Below are positions 44,654 to 51,700 of a stretch of 53,770 nt of DNA, piece by piece. The DNA is from an uncultured Candidatus Saccharibacteria bacterium. GTDB lineage: Bacteria; Patescibacteriota; Minisyncoccia; UBA6257; 1-14-0-10-44-23. The stretch is from contig CAYWPI010000001.1 in the NCBI GenBank assembly GCA_964460325.1, positions 108,551-162,320 of the forward strand, read 5' to 3'. The number at the start of each line of letters is the position of its first letter. Position 1 is the first letter of the stretch. The notes below the pieces were generated by a model. The model ran no database searches. It was not told the DNA's origin and saw only the letters and a list, made by a program, of their open reading frames with translations. The position numbers and the translations under genes were made by a program.

Positions 44654-45601
44654 CTACTCAACAATACTGCCCCCGCGAAGCACCCTAAAGGCAAGAGCGA
44701 TGCGCCGACGCCCCCGAATAAGAAGTAATATCACAATAAGCAGCACAATGACGGCAATCGCAAGCATCTTCCATGGGATAACCCAAAACGTGGCAACTGC
44801 AGTCAGAGATTCGTTGGCAGAACCATAAATCGCCGTCATGGTCGCGGTGTATTTACCGTACATATACTTTACACCCCATGGAAAATCGAACTTACGCACG
44901 CTTTGCGGCAAAATATTACTTTGCGGAATATTGATTGTTCCCGCCTCTTTGCCAAACATATTAGTGATCGTAATATATCCGCGCGGTTTAAGATGCACAG
45001 AGCCGTCGTTTTTAAAACGAAGTGTTAAATCAACAGGACCAAATTCTGAAAATGAGGGCGCGCCAAATTCCGCCACATACATTTTTTCAGTTATTTCACC
45101 GCTTACATCCAACAAGAGAAGAGCGCCGATGCGCTGAGCAATACCCACTCCACCTCCGGCGGCACCAGGAGCAACCGAGGCCAGGATCGAGCCGTAATGA
45201 CCGCCTGGTTCTGCATTTTCAGGAACCGCAATAGTAAACTCGACCGTTCGCGAAGTGCGCGGCTCAAGTGTAAACGTATTCGTATCAAGCGTCACCCAAG
45301 ATTTCAGAGAAAAACCAGTATCCGGCGCCTCTTCGTCGATCACCACCTGCCCCGCTTCACCCGTCGGTGAAAAATTCTCAACATTGACCACGATATTCAC
45401 TGTCTCGGCGCTGTCATTGTAAATACGAATGACATTTTTAAGCTCATCGCCAGGATTGGCAGAAAGCTCAAATTTGACTGGCGAAACCGAAACCGCATGA
45501 GCAACCAGCGAAAAGGCAAAGAAACCAACTAACCCAAGAGCAAGAAGCCCGATTCTGAAGCCAATTCCCTTAGAAATACTCATATAGTGTAAGAGGAGCA
45601 C
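44654..45601 (-). CDS. CscA-like (DUF916/DUF3324-type architecture) surface protein with a C-terminal TM anchor and basic tail
   Basis: 315 aa with a signal peptide, VSPVKFELSANPGDELKNVIRIYNDSAETV, beta-sandwich-like halves, and a C-terminal TM helix plus RGRRR. Confidence 0.55.
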   Translation of the reverse strand: MLLLHYMSISKGIGFRIGLLALGLVGFFAFSLVAHAVSVSPVKFELSANPGDELKNVIRIYNDSAETVNIVVNVENFSPTGEAGQVVIDEEAPDTGFSLKSWVTLDTNTFTLEPRTSRTVEFTIAVPENAEPGGHYGSILASVAPGAAGGGVGIAQRIGALLLLDVSGEITEKMYVAEFGAPSFSEFGPVDLTLRFKNDGSVHLKPRGYITITNMFGKEAGTINIPQSNILPQSVRKFDFPWGVKYMYGKYTATMTAIYGSANESLTAVATFWVIPWKMLAIAVIVLLIVILLLIRGRRRIALAFRVLRGGSIVE

Positions 45602-45651
45602 CGTAAGCTATGTCATTATTGCCGCTTAACAGACGCTCGTATAAGTGAGTT

Positions 45652-46893
45652 TTAGAAGGTTGGCGTGGCAATATAGGTAATGGTATTGCTATAATCACCT
45701 GCCGCTTGAACGGCGTCAAAGGACATCTTATACACAATGCGATTGGTTTGCGCAGAGACTGGCGAACTTGTACTTATTGGCTGAGCGGCAACATCTGCTC
45801 CGTTACCCGGATCGCACACCGCATCTGCGCCTGTACACGGGAAACTATTAAACTCCGTCGCAGTCGCAAAAGCCGAGTTGCATTGACTGCCCGAGCAGGT
45901 ATAGCCAAAACCGTTGACCGTTGCCGTATCCCATGCGGTTGTCGTGCCCGCGGCGATCACCTCGGTACAATCACCACCATCACACGTGGTGTCGTCAAGT
46001 GTACTGGTACCAGAAAGCAAACTGGTATTTTCTTGAACTGAAATCGTATATCCACCCGCAGCATTTGTGCCCACCGTTAAATCATGGCAACCTTTATAGA
46101 ACGTTTCGGCCGACAAGCCAGATGAACCAAATGGCACCGTACTTGTGGTAGTTGTAATTGCCGTTGCCGTCCCGCCCTGCGAACAACTGCTTGAGGCGAC
46201 CCCGGCAATGCTAAAAGTCAAACTCTCATCAACTGAAACCGAAACCGTGACTCCTTCAATGACTGCAACAAGCGCAGAACCAGCATCGGCCGCCGCATTA
46301 CCCGTAAACGAAATCGCAACGTCATAGATATCGGCAGTTCCAGCCGCAGCCACCTTGGCCGGGTTGGTAATAAACGAATCACCAGTAGAGCTTGCGGTTG
46401 CGATTGAGCCAATTTCAATAATAACGCAAGCACTTGCGCCAACATATGTTGCTGCGCCCGTCGGCGTTGAAATAGTCAGCGTGTCGGTAGAAGTTGCAAA
46501 CGCGACACCCCATACCGAGGCTGTTGCGGTTGCAGCCAAACCCGCGTCCACGGCACCCGAACAATCACTGTTGGCATCAACTGCTACGTCTACGTCCTCA
46601 AATGTGATAGTCGGATCAATCGTAAACTGGTCCAGCGATCCCAATGTGTCAAAGTTAAGCACAATCGTATCGCTCTCATTAATAAGCGTTGGCACCACAA
46701 ATTGGATGGTCCAACTTGATGTCGCCGAAGGAGCAGAGTTAGTCAAGGTTGCTCGCACCGAAGAAAGCGAGGCAGCCTCAACTTGCCTGGTGGCGACATA
46801 AAAACCACCCGCCACCACTACCAGCGAGATAGAAAGAATAGTTACCAGAGTCACGCGGCCTTTTTGCGCTACATTTTTTATTAATTGTTTCAT
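45652..46893 (-). CDS. Thr/Ala/Ser-rich secreted protein with a WxL-like C-terminal domain (candidate major surface or fibre subunit)
   Basis: 413 aa with an N-terminal TM/signal segment and a low-complexity T/A/S/G body. The Cys-rich C-terminal domain ends in AVQAAGDYSNTITYIATPTF and is homologous to the C-terminus of the giant ORF. Confidence 0.55.
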   Translation of the reverse strand: MKQLIKNVAQKGRVTLVTILSISLVVVAGGFYVATRQVEAASLSSVRATLTNSAPSATSSWTIQFVVPTLINESDTIVLNFDTLGSLDQFTIDPTITFEDVDVAVDANSDCSGAVDAGLAATATASVWGVAFATSTDTLTISTPTGAATYVGASACVIIEIGSIATASSTGDSFITNPAKVAAAGTADIYDVAISFTGNAAADAGSALVAVIEGVTVSVSVDESLTFSIAGVASSSCSQGGTATAITTTTSTVPFGSSGLSAETFYKGCHDLTVGTNAAGGYTISVQENTSLLSGTSTLDDTTCDGGDCTEVIAAGTTTAWDTATVNGFGYTCSGSQCNSAFATATEFNSFPCTGADAVCDPGNGADVAAQPISTSSPVSAQTNRIVYKMSFDAVQAAGDYSNTITYIATPTF

Positions 46894-46989
46894 AAATCAA
46901 CAACTCAAATGAGTTTAACTAATATTTTATAATCCCCCAGAAATTGCGCGAATGTGTTTACGCACATTCACTCCTTGTCTATTGAATAC

Positions 46990-46998
46990 ATTATACCA
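46990..46998 (-). promoter_or_regulatory. Extended -10 promoter element (TGGTATAAT) upstream of the 413-aa gene
   Basis: The minus strand reads ...TTTACTGTGGTATAATG..., about 95 nt upstream of the ATG at 46893. A GAATGTG/CACATTC hairpin lies in the leader. Confidence 0.5.
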
Positions 46999-47089
46999 CA
47001 GTAAAAAAACGTAAAAATGAGAGGGAGGCGGGGGTGTGGATAACTAATCAGCATGAGGATCCTACGATGTGCCAAATATCAGCTCATCA

Positions 47090-48295
47090 TTACTTCTTTC
47101 TGCGGCGACGAGAACGCATCTTGCGATAAGTTTTGCGCGAGAAAACAACCATAATCGCAGCAAGGATGCGGCGACTAAACTGCTTAATAAAGATGGTAAT
47201 AAGAGCCACAATACCAGCGACAATCAGCATGAGCTTCCATGGCATCACCCAAAAACCAACCGTTTCAGAAATAGTCGCCCCACCTGCGAATCCTGCGCCG
47301 GCCGCACTGTTTATATCTGGATACTCTAAAATAAGGGTTGCCGTATATTTACCAAGATATGCGTTGTCTTTGAAATAATTAACTACACCCCTTAAAAATC
47401 CCCCTTCTTTTTCGTTTGTGCCCAGCGGGATATCAAGCGAACGAATGCGACCGGGTAATAAATAGCGACCAGGTAATGCGATATGCTTCACTACCTCGCC
47501 CTGCCAGTTACGAATCTCTAGTCGTCCCATTGCCTTAAAATAAAACATGCCCGTGTTGCGCACCTTGGCGACCAATGTTTTGGCGACATCCTCCAAAATG
47601 CCCGCCTCAGCAACCGGCACAATACTACCCTGCGCAGAGGTGCGTTCATCCGTGAGTCCTAGTGAAATAATCTCGGCTGCATATCCGCTTTTTAGATCAT
47701 CGACTGAAAAAAATGGTACGCGGAAAAAGAACAATAAATTCATCTCCGGCACAAAGCGCGGACCAGTGCCTTCAAAATAATGCCCAGGCAAAATAGCTTG
47801 CAAACGCATCGTCACCAAATACGTTCCCGCCGGCACGTCTTTGGGCGGCACCACGCGAAACACTAACTCTTGCTCATCGGCTGGATTGAGAATGAAATCA
47901 TAGCCTGTTGTAAGCGGTTCAAGAATGGTTCTCTTTGCATTATCCGGGTCTGGCAATTCAAGATAAAACCACTTGGTTGCATCAATCTCATCATCCTCTG
48001 CGCTGATATATTCAATATCTTCTTCGGTGTTTTCTTTTAAGTTCCATAACGAAAGCTGCAGATGCATAGGCAACGGCAATTCGTTTGAGTTATTAAATAT
48101 CACCAACCGGTCTTGATACGTAGTACCAGGTAAGATTTCCGCCTCGAAAAGGCTTTTGTTGGTAGAAAAACCCAGCCCAGCTGCGTGGGCTTGGGGAATA
48201 GGTAGTAAGTAGTATGTAGAAAGTAGTATAGAAACAAAAAATACAGTGCGTAGTAAGTAGTGGGTAGTATGTAGCAAAAGACGGAACATAATCAT
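47090..48295 (-). CDS. CscA-like surface protein, paralogous architecture to 44654-45601
   Basis: 401 aa with signal peptide ...ILLSTYYLLPIPQAHAAGL, FEAEILPGTTYQDRLVIFNNSNELP, and a C-terminal TM helix plus RSRRRRKK. Confidence 0.55.
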   Translation of the reverse strand: MIMFRLLLHTTHYLLRTVFFVSILLSTYYLLPIPQAHAAGLGFSTNKSLFEAEILPGTTYQDRLVIFNNSNELPLPMHLQLSLWNLKENTEEDIEYISAEDDEIDATKWFYLELPDPDNAKRTILEPLTTGYDFILNPADEQELVFRVVPPKDVPAGTYLVTMRLQAILPGHYFEGTGPRFVPEMNLLFFFRVPFFSVDDLKSGYAAEIISLGLTDERTSAQGSIVPVAEAGILEDVAKTLVAKVRNTGMFYFKAMGRLEIRNWQGEVVKHIALPGRYLLPGRIRSLDIPLGTNEKEGGFLRGVVNYFKDNAYLGKYTATLILEYPDINSAAGAGFAGGATISETVGFWVMPWKLMLIVAGIVALITIFIKQFSRRILAAIMVVFSRKTYRKMRSRRRRKK

Positions 48296-48666
48296 GATCT
48301 TTTTTCAAAATTCGCAATAATTTTATTCAGCATGCTCATAACTTCATGTAGGAGATTGTCAACCCGTACAAGATCGTCTTTCTCAAGAAAGCCAAGATCA
48401 GTTGATAAGATAAGTTGCGTTTCTAATTCAGAACCCGAACCATAAGCGATCCTGAGAAATTGGATCTTTTCTTTAACCGACTTACGCCTAAATCCTTCTG
48501 CAACGTTAGAAGGAATAGATATTACCGCGCGACGTATCTGACTAGTTAGCCCAAATAACTCAGCCCCTGGGAAAGCATCGGTTAATCGATACACCAAAAC
48601 AACGAGCTCACGAGATCTCTGCCACACAATCAAATCCTGATATGTTTTTATTTTTTCCTTTTCCAT
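48292..48666 (-). CDS. Four-helix-bundle protein (23S rRNA intervening-sequence protein family)
   Basis: 124 aa reading YQDLIVWQRSRELVVLVYRLT..FP..E.FGLTSQIRRAVISIPSNVAEGF.R.S.KE...FL.IAYGS..ELETQL.... It has an ATGA overlap with the downstream gene. Confidence 0.85.
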   Translation of the reverse strand: MEKEKIKTYQDLIVWQRSRELVVLVYRLTDAFPGAELFGLTSQIRRAVISIPSNVAEGFRRKSVKEKIQFLRIAYGSGSELETQLILSTDLGFLEKDDLVRVDNLLHEVMSMLNKIIANFEKRS

Positions 48667-48733
48667 ATATTTGCACCTCTACTATATTCTACTCACTGCA
48701 TACTACTCACTTTCTCCCACCCCCTTCCCGCTC

Positions 48734-48768
48734 CCTACTACTCACTACCTACTACCCTCTACATACTT
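48734..48768. repeat. CTAC-rich intergenic element, copy 2 (CTACTACTCACTACCTACTACCCTCTACATACTTC)
   Basis: It lies immediately 3' of the giant ORF's stop (48771), the same position as copy 1 relative to the dockerin gene's stop. Confidence 0.85.
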
Positions 48769-48770
48769 CT

Positions 48771-51700
48771 TTAGAATTTCGGCGCAACAATGAAACGAAT
48801 AGTCGTCTGATAATCCCCCGCCGCCTGAGCGCGATCGACTGAAACCCTATAAGTCATAGTGGTCGCCTCACCCGTTACCCGACCGGCAGATGCGGCCACC
48901 TCATCGCCCGGCGTGCTAGTTGAAAAGGCGGCAAACTCATTTGTGGTAAATTGCGTAATATCCGCGTCATCCGTGTTATATCCAAAACCACAATCACTAT
49001 TATTGATGCAATTAGTAGTCCACACGGTTGGCGAGGCGTTAGTTCCCGTCCAGTTGGCGATTGTCGTGGTCGCGCCAACACGCGTAAGCAGGTCAGTTGC
49101 ATAACCCGTAAGACTATATCCAAACTCACCATTAGTAGTAACCGTCAGCGTATTAGTCGCGCTTGCAGTAAAGGTGTTTGTGTCGCCCAGAGACAAGTCA
49201 ATGGAAAGCGGGCTGATACTAAACGACAAACTCGGGAATGCCCAACAGAAGGCGTTGTTCCCCCGGTCTACGGAGTTGGCATAACTCACACTGATATAGG
49301 TGCTAGTTGAAACACAGCCGGAATCTTTCACCGTTACATATCGCACGTCTTCAGTGCCTTGGTGATTAATAAGCCACTGAGTGCCAGATGAGTTGGAATC
49401 AATCGTGATAAGGTTGCCCGCAGTGCCGGTAAGAGTCAGTAAACCATTTACGCGAAACGCTTGCGTACTTGTGGCAAACACAAACGGCTTATTCCCGGTT
49501 TGCGAGGTAAAGTTCCAGAATGTCAGTTCACTGGAGGTGGCGCCACTGATGGTTGAGGTGGCCGTGGTATCAAAGGTCACCGTACTGCTCCCTAAGGTAA
49601 CCGTGCCGCTGCTGTTAAAGTCTTTGGCAAACGTAAGGCCAGTGGTAGACGCCGTGAGCGCGCCAGCAGAGGCGATGGCCACGTTGCCGTCAACATCGAG
49701 TGAGTAATTGGTCACGCTCAAGGTGCCGGCAGTAAGTGTCAAATCATTAGTACTGGTGGTGTTGCCTTCAAGCACAAAGGTTTCGGTACTGGTGGCAATT
49801 TGAAGGTTCCAATAGTTTTCTGCCTGCATAGTGGTGTTGCCACCGGCGTTGTTACCACTATACACAAAGGTTGAGCTTGCAGAAGCAAGATCGGCGCTTG
49901 CCGAATTGGCAACCAATTTAAACGGATCACCAGTAGTGCCCGACAGTGTCCAAGTGCGATTGCCAGCATTGAGCACAGCATTGGCGCCAGCTCCTAAGCC
50001 GCCGTTAACCGTCAACTCCCCCGCGATAGCAAGATTGCCAGTGCCTGACGTTTGAGTCGTGAAGGTATAAGTGCCTGCGGTGGAAGTGGCAACAGTAAAG
50101 ACAAGATCGTTAAACGTCCAATCCCCGCTTGTTGAGCCAAAGCCTTGCGACGAAGTGGCGGCCAGGGTGACAGTGAAGCTTGCGTTAGTGAGCGAGATAA
50201 CACCTCCTGCGCCCGTCACGTCACCGTTATACACCTGGATTGAAGAGGTGCCATTACTGTTGTTGAGTGTGCCAGCAGTCATCGTAAGGTTACCGTCAAC
50301 CGCGCTTGAATCAAGCCCAACAACCATATCCGAGCTGCTCGGCGACCAACTCCCACCGACGCCATTGAAGGTTACATTGCGGAATGCTCGACTCCCTGGG
50401 TTAATCGAAAATCCAGTCGTAGTTGCAGTGAACGTAGTCACTTGACCAGAATCCGTGGTGAATGAACCATTCGCAGCATTATGCCAGTCACCGCCAATAA
50501 AAACCCAATTGGACCCAACCTCTAATGTAGAGGTTGATGATCCCCAAACAATATCTCCCCCAGGCTCGCTTGGTAAGGCGCCATTTTCAAGAGTAAGATC
50601 CGACTGGCTACCTAAGGTGGTAAACGTATCTCCTGGCCAAATATAAAGACCCCAGTCAGCGTCTATGGAAACCAATTGGGCACCAGTACCGAAATGAAGA
50701 TCATTATCACCGCACGCAAGACCAATTGTGTAGTTACATAATTCGAGATGAGCATCTGTAAGAGGCCCGGTATTTTCATGCCGCACAATTAGATAATTCT
50801 TGTAGATATTTAGCCCAGCGAGATTCCCCGAGCTTGAAGCAAGAGTTACTACAGCTCCGGTTCCATTTCCTCCTCCGTTATTATTCATCCAAACTGTTAG
50901 AAGCGTCCCCGAGGAAACTCCAGCTACTGAAGTAAAGGTGAAGTTTCCGCTTGCGTCCGTACTCGTTGTGTATCCTGTCGTTCCATTAACTGCTAATTTT
51001 ACGCTCGAGGTTGTAGTGGTTATCCCCTGATCAGAATAAACCGTTCCAGAAACAGTAATGCCGGTAGCCGGCGTGCCATACGTTGTAATCTCGGGCACAT
51101 AAAGCGGCGTTGAAGTCGCACCATTAGCATCAACAATACGGAAGCAATAGGCAACGCCGGGATTAGTGCCTGTATCCCGAAGCGCAAACTGCCACACACC
51201 ATCAGAACCAGAAGTCAAAGCACTGCCAAGATCTGGATATCTGCCTCCCCCACGGGTGAAGTTGCCAAAGGTAGTACCGCTGGCGGAAAAGTTATTCTGT
51301 TCAACATGGGTTAAGCCCCTAAGAAGATCAGTGGTGTGCGTGGCGTCATCAAGACCGCCGTGGATGAGCGAGTCATGAGCTCGACCAGAGAGGTCGGTGA
51401 ATCGAATGACTCCTGTTGAAGTGGCCACATCAGTATACGTCTCACCAGAGTAGGCCACGTCACACGTGCCTGATTTTTCAGCCACTTGGAGCTTAAATGT
51501 TTCCGTGGAGGCGATACTGCGGGAAGCGTGGACAGTAGAACGGAGGATGAAGGGGGTGGAGGTGACTGATGGAGTGGTGGTGGCGGTATTAAGCGCCGAC
51601 GAGGTGGCGATATCAGTCTGATACGCGCGAATACTCCAATCCGAATCCGCATTATCAACAGTTGACAGATAAATAATACGCGACCCATCCGCAGCTATCC

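Noticed and set aside
40329-48768. The CTAC/GTAG-rich repeated blocks as a possible CRISPR array.
   Set aside because: The copies are imperfect and occur in both orientations. They are irregularly spaced (45 nt to several kb) and are partly inside coding sequence. No cas genes are present.
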